Shown piece by piece: positions 25,338 through 38,232 of a DNA stretch of 64,000 nucleotides. The notes below the pieces were generated by a model. The model did no database searches. It was not told the origin of the DNA and saw only the letters and a list, made by a program, of their open reading frames with translations. Made by a program: the position numbers and the translations under genes. The DNA comes from Mustelus asterias. Taxonomy: Eukaryota. The first letter of the stretch is position 1. The number at the start of each line of letters is the position of its first letter. The stretch is taken from positions 62,001-126,000 of the forward strand of contig NW_027590198.1 of NCBI RefSeq assembly GCF_964213995.1. The letters are read 5' to 3'.

Positions 25338-25860
25338 AAAGGCCAACGGGTTTATTTGGAATTACGAACTTTCGGAGCACTGCTCCTTTCTTAGGTGAGT
25401 GGAGAGTTGGGTTCACAAACACGGCATATATAGAAAGAAACACAATTGCAATGCAATGGTTGGGATGCAAGTCTTTACAGGTCATCAAGTCTTTACAGGT
25501 GCAGACAACGCGAGTGGAGAGAGGGATAATCACAGGTGAAAGATGTGTGAATTACCTCAAGCCAGGACAGATGGTAGGACATTGCAAGCCCAGGCAAAAT
25601 GATGGAGGTTGCATGTAGTGTGAAATGAACCCAAGATCCCGGCTGAGGCCGTCCTCAGAGACTCGCATTCCAACCATTACCTTGGAATTGCGTCTATGTC
25701 TATATATACCGTGTTTGCGAACCCAACTCTCCACTCACCTGAGGAAGTAGCAGCAGTCGGAAAGCTCGTGATTCCAAATAAAGCTGTTGGACTTTAACCT
25801 GGTGTTGTGAGACTTCTTACCGTCCCCACCCCATTCCAACGCCGGCATCTTCAAATCATG
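25338..25860. mobile_element. Penelope-like element terminal fragment with inverted ends
   Basis: Inverted copies of aacccaactctccactcacctga..gga...gaaagctcgtgattccaaataaa; 3' end ggactttaacctggtgttgtgagacttcttac...aacgccggcatct. Family also at ~35325-35390, 39330-39598, 42410-42580 and 51368-51530. Confidence 0.7.
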
Positions 25861-25938
25861 GATTAAGGAAGGCATCGGTTAATCCTCACAACAGCCTGCA
25901 CTCTCACTCTCCTAACTGGTTTCAGTGAGCGCCCATTA

Positions 25939-26267
25939 GGGGAGGCCGTGACCAAGAGGAATTATCACCGGACAATGAATTCAAAAACACAGCTAAAGTT
26001 CTGGGAGCCCGCCAGGGCAGATGGAGGAATTTCAATTCAATGAACATATCTGGAATTAAGAATCGACTGATGACCATGAAACCATTGACGATGGTCAGAA
26101 AACCCCATCTGCTTCACCAATGTCCTTCAGGGAAGGAAATCTGCCGTCTTTACCTGTCTGGCGTACATGTGACTGTAGAGCCACAGCAATGTGTCTGACT
26201 CTCAACTGCCTCTGGGTAACTGGAGATGGGCAGCGTCGACACCCATTTCTCATCAATGAATAAAAAG
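25939..26267 (+). mobile_element. tRNA-derived SINE (MetaSINE-like core)
   Basis: Core ttcaccaatgtccttcagggaaggaaatctgccgtctttacctgtctggcgtacatgtgac. Reverse-strand relatives at ~8770-9150, 29630-29875 and 48590-48845. Family name from recall. Confidence 0.6.
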
Positions 26268-26346
26268 CACCTTGTGGACACTCCGAACCCCGCTCCCCGC
26301 TGGGAGAAAGCGGAGCCACTGAGCACAGGATTTCTCTCTGCTCCAG

Positions 26347-26441
26347 GAAATGTCAATGAGGTACCGGGAGAGGCAACCCAAAATTGCAGCGGCAGATCCA
26401 GTACCTGCAGTGACAGGAAAACAGGAACAAGACCCAAATAG
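26347..26441 (+). other. Possible relic exon (V-like fragment with two Cys)
   Basis: Strong acceptor tttctctctgctccag, then GNVNEVPGEATQNCSGRSSTCSDRKTGTRPK*. Similarity to a V FR1-CDR1 is weak. Confidence 0.2.
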
Positions 26442-26452
26442 CTTCAAGAGCT

Positions 26453-28982
26453 CTATAGTAATAGAGATGTGGAGGAAGAAATTGCTAAGCAGATTATGGA
26501 TATGTGTGGGGGTCACAGGGTAGTTATCATGGGGGACTTTAACTTTCCAAATATTGATTGGAGCCTTTGTAGGTCAAATAGTTCGGATGGGGCAGTTTTT
26601 GTGCAGTGTGCGCAGGAGGGTTTCCTGACACAATATGTGGATAGGCCGACAAGAGGTGAGGCCACATTGGATTTGGGACTGGGAAATGAATCGGGCCAAG
26701 TGTTAGATTTGGTTGTGGGAGAGCACTTTGGAGATAGTGACCACAATTCGGTGTCTTTTGTTATTGCAATGGAGAGGGATATGGCCGTACGGCAGGGCAA
26801 GGTTTACAATTGGGGGAGAGGTAATTATGATGCGATTAGGTAAGAATTAGGGGGCATAAGTTGGGAACAGAAACTGTCAGAGAAAGGAACTAATGAAAAG
26901 TGGAACTTTTTCAAGGAACAAATACTGGATGTCCTTGATAGGTATGTTCCTGTCAGGCAGGGAGGAAATGGCCGAGTGAGGGAACCATGGTTCACGAAAG
27001 AGGTGGAATGTCTTGTGAAAAGGAAGAGGGAAGCTTATGTAGGGATGAGGAAACAACGTTCAGATGCCTCGATTGAGGGTTACAAGTTAGCAAGGAATGA
27101 GCTGAAAAAGGGGCTTGGGAGAGCTAGGAGGGGACACGAGAAGCCCTTGGCGGGTCGGATCAAGGAAAACCCCAAGGCTTTTTACTCTTATGTGAGGAAT
27201 AAAAGAATGACCAGTGTGAGGTTAGGGCCGGTCAAGGACAGTAGTGGGAACTTGTGTATGGAGTCAGTAGAGATAGGCGAGGTGATGAATGAATACTTTT
27301 CTTCAGTGTTCACCAAGGAGAGGGGCCATGTTTTTGAGGAAGAGAAGGTGTTACATGCTAATAGGCTGGAGGAAATAGATGTTCGGAGGGAGGATGTCCT
27401 GGCAGTTTTGAATAAACTGAAGGTCGATAAGTCCCCTGGGCCTGATGAAATGTATCCTAGGATTCTTTGGGAGGCAAGGGATGGGATTGCAGAGTCTTTG
27501 GCTTTGATCTTTGAGTCCTCGCTGTCCACGGGGATGGTGCCAGAAGACTGGAGAATGGCGAATGTTGTTCCTCTGTTTAAGAAAGGGAATAGAAATGACC
27601 CTGGTAATTATAGACCGGTTAGTCTTACTTCGGTGGTTGGTAAATTGATGGAAAAGATCCTTAGAGATGGGATTTACGACCATTTAGAAAGATGTGGATT
27701 AATCCGAGATAGTCAGCACGGATTCGTGAAGGGCAAGTCGTGCCTCACAAATTTGATAGAATTTTTTGAGGGGGCAACTAAGTGTGTTGATGAAGGTAGG
27801 GCAGTTGATGTCATATACATGGATTTTAGTAAGGCGTTTGATAAGGTCCCCCATGGTCGGCTTATGATGAAAGTGAGGAGGTGTGGGATAGAGGGAAAGT
27901 TGGCCGATTGGATAGGTAACTGGCTGTCTGATCGAAGACAGAGGGTGGTGGTCGATGGAAAATATTCAGATTGGAGGCAGGTTGCTAGCGGAGTGCCGCA
28001 GGGTCAGTGCTTGGTCCTCTGCTCTTTGTGAGTTTTATTAATGACTTAGAGGAGGGGGCTGAAGGGTGGATCAGTAAATTTGCTGATGACACCAAGATTG
28101 GTGGAGTAGTGGATGAGGTGGAGGGCTGTTGTAGGCTGCAAAGAGAAATAGATAGGATGCAAAGCTGGGCTGAAAAATGGCAAATGGAGTTTAACCCTAA
28201 TAAATGTGAGGTGATTCATTTTGGTAGGACTAATTTAAATGTGGATTACAGGGTCAAATGTAGGGTTGTGAAGACTGCGGAGGAACAGAGAGATCTTGGG
28301 GTTCATATCCACAGATCTCTAAAGGTTGCCACTCAAGTGGATAGAGCTGTGAAGAAGGCCTATAGTGTGTTAGCTTTTATTATCAGGGGGTTGGAGTTTA
28401 AGAGCCGTGCGGTTATGCTGCAACTGTACGGACCTTGGTGAGACCACATTTGGAATATTGTGTGCAGTTCTGGTCACCTCACTATAAGAAGGATGTGGAA
28501 GCGCTGGAAAGAGTGCAGAGGAGATTTACCAGGATGCTGCCTGGTTTGGAGTGTCGGTCTTATGAGGAAAGGTTGAGGGAGCTAGGGCTGTTCTTTCTGT
28601 AGCGGAGGAGGCTGAGGGGAGACTTAACAGAGGTTTATAAAATGATGAAGGGGATAGATAGAGTGAACGTTCAAAGACTATTTCCTCGGGTGAATGGAGC
28701 TATTACAAGGGGGCATAACTATAGGGTTCGTAGTGGGAGATACAGGAAGGATATCAGAGGTAGGTTCTTTACGCAGTGAGTGGTTGGGGTGTGGAATGGA
28801 CTGCCTGCTGTGATAGTGGAGTCAGACACTTTAGGAACAATTAAGCGGTTATTGGATAGGCACATGGAGCACACCAGGATGATAGGGAATGGGATAGCTT
28901 GATCTTGGTTTCAGATAAAGCTCGGCACAACATCGTGGGCCGAAGGGCCTGTTCTGTGCTGTACTGTTCTATGTTCTATGTT
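26453..28982 (+). mobile_element. Young 5'-truncated CR1 LINE with 7-bp TSD AAGAGCT
   Basis: Nearly continuous ORF2 (MGDFNFPNIDW, KSPGPD, NYRPVSLTS, YMDFSKAFDKV, KFADDTK), gttctat-repeat tail, AAGAGCT at 26446-26452 and 28983-28989. Confidence 0.95.
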
Positions 28983-31005
28983 AAGAGCTAATTTTATAGT
29001 TGTCGGCGACATTTCATGCGCAATCAGTGACTAAAAATAATTATATCCTGTCGGATTTTTATTTCCTTCCTATAAACAATTATTTTGGCAGAATTCCAAA
29101 ACGTTAGAATTGAATTCTCTTCCACATATTGATCGCTGATGGTGGAAAAATCTGTTTGCATTATGTTTTTTGTCGATTTCAAAAACATGCGATTGTGCTC
29201 ACTGAAGCACAATGAATCCCTCAAGAATTGGGCTGTGTCGAGGCTGAGGGTGCTGAACCGTTCCATGGATTTTATTTTTGAGTACTAATGGAATTAATGG
29301 ATTTGGAAATAGGACGCACAGTTAGCATTAAGGTAGATGATCAGATCTGAACATTCCTGAATTGTACAGCGGGTCCCCAAGGTGGATTGGTCTACCATGT
29401 TTCTATTTCTCATGTATCTTATTATCAGCATGAATTTCTTACACTCCAGAGAATATAAATAATCAATCATGTGTATGGATATCGAAAGTTTGCAAAAGCT
29501 TTGACTTTCGCTCTCGAAGACCCGTAAGGCATGAAAAACGGCATTGAAACACCGAACATTATATTGTAGTTTCAAGGAGTTCCATGTGCAGAAACTGGTC
29601 CTTCGGTGGGAGAACTGTTTCTTTCTTTAAATCATTCGTGTGACATGGCGTCGCTGGTTGGCCATCATTTATTGTGCATCCCTGGTCGCCCTTCAAATCA
29701 ATGGCTGGCTGGGCCATTTTTAAGGGCAGTTGAGAGTCAATCACATTGCTGTGGCACTTTCTAAACATCGGAAATGGTTTCACGGTCAGCAGCAGATACT
29801 TAACTTCAGATTTTTAAAATTGAAGTCAAATTCCACCAACTGCCGAGGCAGGATTCGAACCAGGTTCCCCAGAAGAAGTAGATATTTATATATGGAATAT
29901 GAAATGTCTATCAGGAGAGATAGAAACATTCGGGTATATTTACACGGAGACACATCAGAATGTGAAACTCGCTCTTTGGAGAAACGGCGTGATGAATTTA
30001 TGGAACAGCTTGGGAGTGAGGAATAAAAAGACACACAGCTCAGGATGTAAATGGTTATTTCCGGTTCGAGAGGTGAAGGGGCGGACGAGGACAATCTTCG
30101 ACCAGCTGAACCGAGTGGCCCATTCGTGTTAAGTGGAAAGTGTAGAATGTTCACTCAGAGACTATTGTGTTCAGAAAGAACAGGGAACAATCAGCCAATG
30201 GACTAAAAGGATTGAAATTCTCACATACCCTGAAGGCAGTTCCCAGTGAGTAAAACCACTGCGGAAACTGAACAGACTGAACCAACCGACAACTGAGAGA
30301 AATTAGGGCAAGTTTTCATGACGGTTAGAAACCGGACGGACGGATGCGAGTTTTGAATGACCATTCACTTTCATTGGAGTGAAATTTACAATAGTTTGCT
30401 GCAGTTAAAAATTAGGTAATTGGAGGGAAAGAACTTTCGATGTTTGTAAGGAAAACGCTGAAGGTGTTGGTTCAAATTGCACTTTAAAAATCAGATAGAA
30501 TTCTTGCCTCTATTTATAATGTGCAAATGCAAAAACAAAAGGTTTTTCCAAAAATAATCAGGCTTCGCATGAAGTATGTCAACCAGAGAGAAAGAAATTT
30601 AATATTTTGAGTCCATATGACTCTTCTACAGAATCTGAACAAAAGTCATATGGACTCCAGACGTTAACTCTGTTTCTGTCTTCACAGATGCTGCCAGACC
30701 TGCTGAGTTTCTGCAGCAGATTCCGTTTCTATATGCTGATTGAAATATAAATTAAAGTAAATTTCATCTTAACTGTTAAGAAACTGCATGAATATTTGAA
30801 GGTCGGAGATTTTCAGTGCAATGCGGAAAGAACAGACTGCGGGATAAAATAGTAACTCCTTCGTCTGTCAATGCGGGTAATATATACTGAATGTTCTCTT
30901 TATTTGTTGTAACATTCAATGATTCTATGTCCAGGAGAATGAATGAATGTTGACTGAGGTTCCTCATATTTAAACATATATCTGTTTTCTGGTTACCTTT
31001 TGAAG

Positions 31006-31313
31006 GACTGTGTTATTCTGATATTGTTAAGCAAACTGCACCGTCAGTATCATGTTTGGAGCAAGAACGCATGTTGTTGCCCTGTTCATTCTCCACAGAC
31101 AGCCGCCGCTATGATCTTCTCTGGTACCGACAAAAACCGAGGGAGGAGCCGGTATTTTTAATCAAAAGGAATTCGGAGGGAGAAGCAGAGAAAGCTGAGC
31201 GTGTGGGAGGCCGATTCTGGTCAAAACTCCGAGTATTGGATCGTTTCTTCAGTTTAGCCCTGACAGATGTACAGCTGAGTGACAGTGGGGTGTATTATTG
31301 TGCGCTGATCATT
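31006..31313 (+). CDS. TCR V exon, intact ORF, no intact leader exon found
   Basis: Acceptor ttttgaag; GLCYSDIVKQTAPSVSCLEQERMLLPCSFST...LWYRQKP...DSGVYYCALII. The upstream leader-like stretch (30871-30921) has no in-frame GT donor. Confidence 0.85.
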
Positions 31314-31352
31314 CACAGTGATACAAACTGATACAAGCCCCGTACGGAAACT
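31314..31352 (+). other. V 23-RSS
   Basis: CACAGTG + 23 nt + ACGGAAACT. Confidence 0.85.
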
Positions 31353-32163
31353 ATCGCTGGAATGCAACATCAGCCGAGAGATGGGAGTTCAGTTTGTGAA
31401 CTCTGAACCTTCACCTCTGGCAGTTGCAGAATCAGACCGAGACCGTTTATTGCTGTGTGAATGTAGTCAGAAATAGAGTTAATCGGTGTGTAAACGCATT
31501 CTGAATGATTGAGGTCCTGAGAAAATAGGGTGACAGAAAGGCAAGGAAAAATAAACAGGAAGAAAGAACGGCAGCGAAAAAAGGGAGTCAAAGGCCGTGA
31601 GGCACAAAGAGGTAGCGCGCTGGACGCCAAGATGGACGCAGAGAGTAAAAGAAAGAGTTAGGATCAGAAAAATAGAAAAGAAGAAAGTAAGAAGAATAGA
31701 GAAGAGGGAGAGGGAGAATTAGGGAGATAACAAGAGAGAGCGAGAGGGGCCTGAGACAAAGACAGAGAGGCCAACATGCTCTTTAATATAATCTTATTCG
31801 ATTTCTGATGTGTGATTATATTTTATCAGTGGCCCCATTTAATATAATCACACATCAGTGGAACAAGATCAGTGGCCCCAGGAAATGAATCACAGACCTC
31901 AGTAAAGACAGTTAACTTGCTGGTTTGAGTGCACTCACTGAATGACTGATCCCACCAGGAAATATTTAATCCTTTCGGTGAAAGAACATCAGCTAACCCA
32001 GGCCCCCAATTTGAATCTGATTTAAGTATCTTGTGGATTGTGTCATTGCCGGCAAATGATGGCAGGAGGAAGAGATTTTGACCAATTCAGTCCTGTGTGT
32101 TTTTTTAACTGGTCCGGGTTTGACATTATAAAGGGAGAGAGAGGTTCGGGCTCGGCAGCAGCC

Positions 32164-33023
32164 GTGCAGATATTCAGATTCTGGATTGTGTTTGGGATGA
32201 TTTTGGATGGTGAGGATGATTTCATCAGTGTTCCATTCAAACTAAAGTGTTACGTTTTTGTTAATGTCCAGTCTTGTCTTGAGGGAGCTAGGGCTGTTCT
32301 CTCTGGAGCGGAGGAGGCTGAGGGGCGACTTAATAGAGGTTTATAAAATGATGAAGGGGATAGATAGAGTGAACGTTCAAAGACTATTTCCTCGGGTGGA
32401 TGGAGCTATTACAAGGGGGCATAACTATAGGGTTCGTGGTGGGAGATATAGGAAGGATATCAGAGGTAGGTTCTTTACACAGAGAGTGGTTGGGGTGTGG
32501 GATGGACTGCCTGCAGTGATAGTGGAGTCAGACACTTTAGGAACATTTAAGCGGTTATTGGATAGGCACATGGAGCACACCAGGATGATAGGGAGTGGGA
32601 TAGCTTGATCTTGGTTTCAGATAAAGCTCGGCACAACATCGTGGGCCGAAGGGCCTGTTCTGTGCTGTACTGTTCTATGTTCTACCTATGTTCTATGTTC
32701 CTGAACACGTTGCAGATCAGAGTTATGGAGATTACATTACTCAGTCCCGGGCATCAGTGGGCGTCAAAGAAAGTGAAGCCGAGACTATAAAGTGTACCTC
32801 TAGCACTACAGAAGTAAGGTATTATGTATTTTGGTACCAACAGCAAACAGCGAAAGAGCCCCAGTTTGTTGTGTGGAGAGGCCTTGAGATGTTATGGAAT
32901 GGAAAGGCTCGGCGTTAGGGAACCGTTTTGCTTCTGACTCCAGTTGTCAGACTCCACCACAAAGTTAACCATCGTGGACCTGCAGCCGACTAACGCCGCC
33001 GTTTATTACTGCGCACTGGGACT
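32164..33023 (+). pseudogene. TCR V-delta-like pseudogene; leader 32164-32209, exon 32716-33023
   Basis: Leader starts GTG (VQIFRFWIVFGMILD) with gtgag donor. Exon DQSYGDYITQ...IKCTSST...FWYQQQ.../...AAVYYCALG has frameshifts. CR1 insertion in the intron. RSS CACAGTA-23-ACAAAAACA at 33024-33062. Confidence 0.9.
32279..32700 (+). mobile_element. CR1 3' fragment inside V intron
   Basis: Near-identical to 28573-28982. Confidence 0.93.
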
Positions 33024-33194
33024 CACAGTAATAGAAAACAGTACCAACTCAGTACAAAAACAGTCTTCCGACTGAAACTGCAGTTCCTGCCTGGTGAAAT
33101 TGTCCAGAATTTCGGAAAGGTGCAATCACAATGAGGCTGTCAGCCACTGAAACACATAGAGAGGGGCATCCAATTACCCTCTGTTAATTGATAT

Positions 33195-34105
33195 ATAGAA
33201 AAATAGGAACTAGAAGCAGGAGTAGGACATTTGGCCCTTCGAGCCTGCTCCGCCATTCATCTTGATCATGGCTGATCATGAAATCCAATATCCTGATCCC
33301 CCATTCTCTCCACATCCCTTGAACCCTTTAACTCCAAGAGCTATACCTAATTTCTTCTTGAAATCAGACAACGTTTTGCCCTCAACTACATTCGGTGCCA
33401 GTGAATTCCATCCATTCACCACCACCCCGACTGAAGAAATTTCTCCTCACTTCAGTACTAAATGGTTTACCCCTTATCCTCAAACTATGACCCCTAATTC
33501 TGGACTCGGACAGCATTGAGAACATTCTTTCTGTATCTACCCTGTCTAACCCTCTTAGAATTTTATAAATTTCTGTGAGATCCTCTCTGACTCTTCTGAA
33601 CTCCAATGAATATAATCCTAACCGACTTAGTCTCTCCTCATATGACAGACTTGCCATCACAGGAATCCGTTTGGTAAATCTTCGCTGTACTCCCTCGATT
33701 ATAAGGACTTCTTTCCTCAGATAAGGACACCAAAACTGTACACAATTCTTCAGATTTGGCCTTTCCAAAGCCTGATACAACAGCAGTAAAACATCCTTAT
33801 CCCTAAATTAAAATCCACTTGCTATGAAGGCCAACATGTCATTTGCCTTCTTTGCTGCCTGCTACACCTGCGCGCTTAATTTCAGCAATTGATGCACAAT
33901 GTCCAAGTCGCCGTTGAATATCAACCTCTCTCAATTTATACCCATTCAAGTGATAATCTGTCTTCCTATTTTTGCTACAAAAGTGGATAACCTCACATTA
34001 TACTGCATCCAAATTATACTGCATCTGCCATGCACATACCCACACACTCAGCCTGTCCAAATCACGCTGAAGCATCTCTGCATCCTTCTCACAGCTCATT
34101 ACAGC
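33195..34105 (-). mobile_element. CR1 LINE 3' fragment
   Basis: ORF 33382-33780 (YQALERPNLKNCVQFW...LSYEERLSRLGLYSLEFRR). Confidence 0.9.
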
Positions 34106-35414
34106 AACATTTTCTATCATCTGCAAACAGCAGACCTGGTAGGTAATCCCAAGAACTCTTCATCGCTTATTCACTTAGGAACATGTGGGCCTGTCGGTGC
34201 CGGTCACTTTCAGCAGCTGACTGTTTTCCATTGCACTGCATTGCTTTATGATATACTGTAACATTTCCATGATTGCTCTTCCCCATCTTTTACTCAGTTC
34301 TCACCGCTTCACAGCACCCCCTCTCTAACTCCCACACAGGGAGCACAATAACAGCTGAAAGTCTCGAGTTTAATGCTGCCATCTTTCCGATTTCTGAACA
34401 AGCATTTGTCAGAATAAATTGCCCATGTTTGCAAACAACCAGATAAAACTCGGTTGAACACGTATATTTCATCAGGTTTTTTTTTCCTGATTGGTATAAC
34501 TAACATCCTGTGGTTTTCGCTGTCCTTCGCTCAAAGAATAGCAACGAGGTCATTAAAAACACTCTTGTGCAGAATGTGGATGAGGAGAAGATTGAGAAGA
34601 GAGCTTGAGCAGGATAATGAGACAAATGATCTGAAAGGTGAAGGAAAGCGGTTTGGAATCCAGTGAGATATTGCACGCGAGGAACTAAGGACCTTTCAGA
34701 GGACTGAGTTCAAGCGCTGTCGCTGGATTGGTACAGAAACCAAAGTTCGGTTATTTGAAAACTCAGCATCCCAGGACCGGGCCTAAGGCCCAGTCAGGCA
34801 ATTGGCATTGTTTGGATGAGTGATGAGTGGGAAACTGAAAAAGATGTTTGCAGGCCCGCAAGTTGCATTATTTTCTATTGCTGCCAACAATGACAGACAG
34901 AGAAGGACGGCCGAGTCCATCCAGCCTGCCCGCAACAAATATGAAATAAATCTGAAGTGCAGTCACTATTGTAATGGAGGAAAGAGTCGCTATGAACAGA
35001 ACAAGATCCCACGTAACATGATCATCTACTGTAGCTTGTCGACGGAGGTGTAAATGTCTTAGAGAATTGCCTTGCTTTAGAGGTGAGTGCGGTCAAGTGT
35101 TTACGACCCTCCAGAAAGACCAGGCGGATCCTTTATTTAGTTCTTTATCTGAGCAATTCACTGCGGCGACGCTCCGACTCCATTTGTACTGGCAGTGTAA
35201 GTGGCAGCTGAATGTGCGCTCAGGTCTCTGGAGGGAGACCTGAACCCACAGTTTCCTGAATTAGACGCGATAGAATTCGGAAATGTAAGTTAACACGGAA
35301 CCGCGGATAGAACTTGAACTGGCGACCTGGTGTTGTTAAACTTCTTACTGTGTTTACCCCAGTCCAACGCCGCCATCTCCACATCACACCACCTGTGCCA
35401 GTTCTGTTTGATGA

Positions 35415-35453
35415 GGTTTATGTACAGCGATAGATGAGTTTTAAACCTCTGTG
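35415..35453 (-). other. V 23-RSS
   Basis: CACAGAG + 23 nt + ACATAAACC. Confidence 0.88.
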
Positions 35454-35904
35454 TCTCTCAACGCGCAGAAATAGACAGCGGTATCTTGGATTTCTGCTCG
35501 AGTAAGCGTTAAAGGAAAATTATTTTCTGCATTCGTCTGACCGGCCTCGAATTTTCCCTTGGCAAAATCTGCGTCTCTTCTGCTGCTTCTATCTCGGTAC
35601 AAAATAAAATGCGGAGCCTGGTCCGTGTGCTGTCTGTACCAGTAAAGGTCGGGATCGCTGTAACTTGTCGTGTAGCTGCAGTCCATTTTCACTCTATCTC
35701 CTTCAGTAATATACAGTTCAGTCTGAGGTTGCGACACAGAGTCTGCTTGAATCAGCCCTGAATAGAACACAAGGAAAGTTTTAACGCAATACTGAGCGGC
35801 GGGACCATTAGCATCACAATGCTGCCAGCAGATAAGAAGTTATGGTTTTACATACCGAACATCAGCCACACTATAACCAAATGACAAAAACAGAAGTGCC
35901 CCAT
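35454..35904 (-). CDS. TCR alpha/delta V segment, apparently functional; exons 35904-35856 and 35757-35454
   Basis: Leader MGHFCFCHLVIVWLMF with gtatgt donor. Exon GLIQADSVSQ...MDCSYTTSYSDPDLYWYRQH...DTAVYFCALRD. Confidence 0.93.
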
Positions 35905-37200
35905 TATTTCTTGGCCAGTGATCTCCTTGAATCGCATGTTGGAGATATGGATGAATTTACTATTGTAATCTTTTAAATTAAGCGACTGTTGTACAGAAAG
36001 CTAAAACAGAAGGAGAGGAAGTGTCTCGGGAAATCGTTTACTCATATAAAGTAGCAATGCGATAACTGGGGAGCAGCATGTTAGTAAGAGTGCTGGCTGC
36101 TCAGATACAGTCTCTCCAGGTCCTGTTACACCATCTGACCGCGTCACTGCTCTGGGCGGGGCTTGTGTTTGGAATTCAGCCCCGCCCCTTCCCCCCTCAC
36201 GCCACTTGTTCAGAAAAAATAACAATTGGCCATGTAATTTGCCATTGAACTTGATTATAGATGCAAAGAAGTGAATGAGAGAAACTGGCAGAGAGGAAAC
36301 AGGCCTGAAATAAAGGAAAACATCGAGAGCGAACAAGACACAATTAAAAAGGAACGGATGAATTATGCGAAGCGAGGATGAAATTATGTGCTGATTCTCA
36401 TAAGGTGCCATATATTTTTGGTTTGTTCTATCTCTTCTCTAGTTATCGGCGATTACAGCAAGACCACTATTTATTGTCCATCGCGAACCTCACATAAACA
36501 CGTTGTGGTCTCATCCTGCACCACGTCAGTGTGAATGTGGAAGGTGCTTCCAGGTGTTATTCTGGAGGCACTCTTAGGATTCTGAACGAGAGACAACAGC
36601 AGGAACGGTTGTTTATGCCGGAGTTAGGATTGGATATGATTTATTGAATCACTGGATAAAACGACACAGAAGGAAGGCATTCGGCTAAGTTGTTTGTACT
36701 TCTCGTCTACAAGAGCTATTCCTTCAGATCAGATACATATTTTTTTGTCCTCTACTTTGATCTTTTTCCAACATGCGCCCAGTTATTTATCACTGCAAAT
36801 GCTTCCACCAGTCTTTCAGGCAGTGTTTTGAAGATCATAACGGCGCGCTTTGAACATAATCATAAATTTCTCCAGCATTTCTATTTACTTATTATTTTTA
36901 ATCAGTATCTTTTCATTGTCATCCTTGCTGCCCATTTAAATAATTCCTCGTCATATATTATTTAAAAACCTTTCATTAGTTTTGACACTTCATTTTAAAT
37001 TCACCTGGACCTTCTCTTTTCCAAGGGGACAAATTCAGTTTCTCTATTCACTAAACGGAACCGATGCCTGTAAACCTTGACAACAATTTGTCAGAACAAA
37101 ACTGTTAGGTTTTGTGAATCATTATATAAACGAGGGATTTTATTTTTCATGGTTGGAAGATGCCTTTGCTGATCTCCCCGACTTCGTTGCGTTTTAACGA

Positions 37201-37728
37201 GGTTTTTGTTCGGGTCGCAGCCGGTTTGAAGCATCATGATACTCAATCCACAGAAATAGAGGGCGCTGTCTTTAGTCCCCACTGTAAAAATTGACAAAGT
37301 GAAAACCTGATATTGACGGAAATGTCGAGCATCGAATTTTCCTTCGGAAAACTCGGCGTTCTTGGTGTTATCCCGATACAATATAAACTGGAGTGGCTGG
37401 TTCCAGTAGCGATCCGGATCAACAGAACTGACGTTCAATTGCACATTAGCTCCCTCAGATACCTTTAACTTAAGTTGACACTGTGGAACCGAATTCCCTT
37501 GGATTTTACCTGCAACATAACATGTAAAACATTACATAACCACTTTATTGATTACGAGCATATCTCTCCCTCTTCGAAAATGAGGAAAATCAATCGCAAT
37601 CTAACTATTACAGGAGGCATCTGGATTATATACAATAGAGAAAGGAGTACGTCTCAATATTTATATAGTAATGGGGACATACTGACAATTCGCATCAATA
37701 AAGGCTTCACATATTCTATTATACCCAT
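37201..37728 (-). pseudogene. TCR V pseudogene related to the V at 35454
   Basis: Leader MGIIEYVKPLLMRIV (37728-37683). Exon 37509-37239 lacks the first Cys and has deletions (DPDRYWNQPLQFILYRD...DSALYFCGLS). Heptamer decayed to CATGATG, 22 spacer, nonamer ACAAAAACC. Confidence 0.88.
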
Positions 37729-38179
37729 TAGAAAGGAAATCAGGAAAAGTTGAACAGGTGTCATTTCTAAAGTGCTGTCAATATATTCCAGAATCTAATG
37801 TGCAAGTCTTTTTGACCACGTGCCCACACTGAGTTTAGTTTCGTTGAGACACGATCACTCCATTGATGCTCCGAAACGCTTTTCAAAACAAATAGCAGAA
37901 ATGACTCAATGAAAAATAGAAACAAGAAACACGTATGAGCGCTAGTCCGTTTAGATGGCAAAGATCACGTATGTGCCTGCTTAAGTTATGGTCCAGTGCA
38001 GTATTAGTTGACACAGAAAGCAGAGTAATATGAACAGACAAATAGTCTAGTGTTTTATAAATAAATGCAAGGTATCTTGCTGCAAAATAAAGGCAGACCT
38101 TGTGTAATATAAACAGAATCAATGTCTAATACATTTTAGCAGGAACATATTCTTGTAAAGCACTAACTGATATCTATTA

Positions 38180-38213
<34 letters not shown>

Positions 38214-38232
38214 CGCGCGCACGCGCGCGTGT
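38180..38232. repeat. (GT)n(GC)n alternating purine-pyrimidine tract
   Basis: Direct inspection. Confidence 0.9.
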
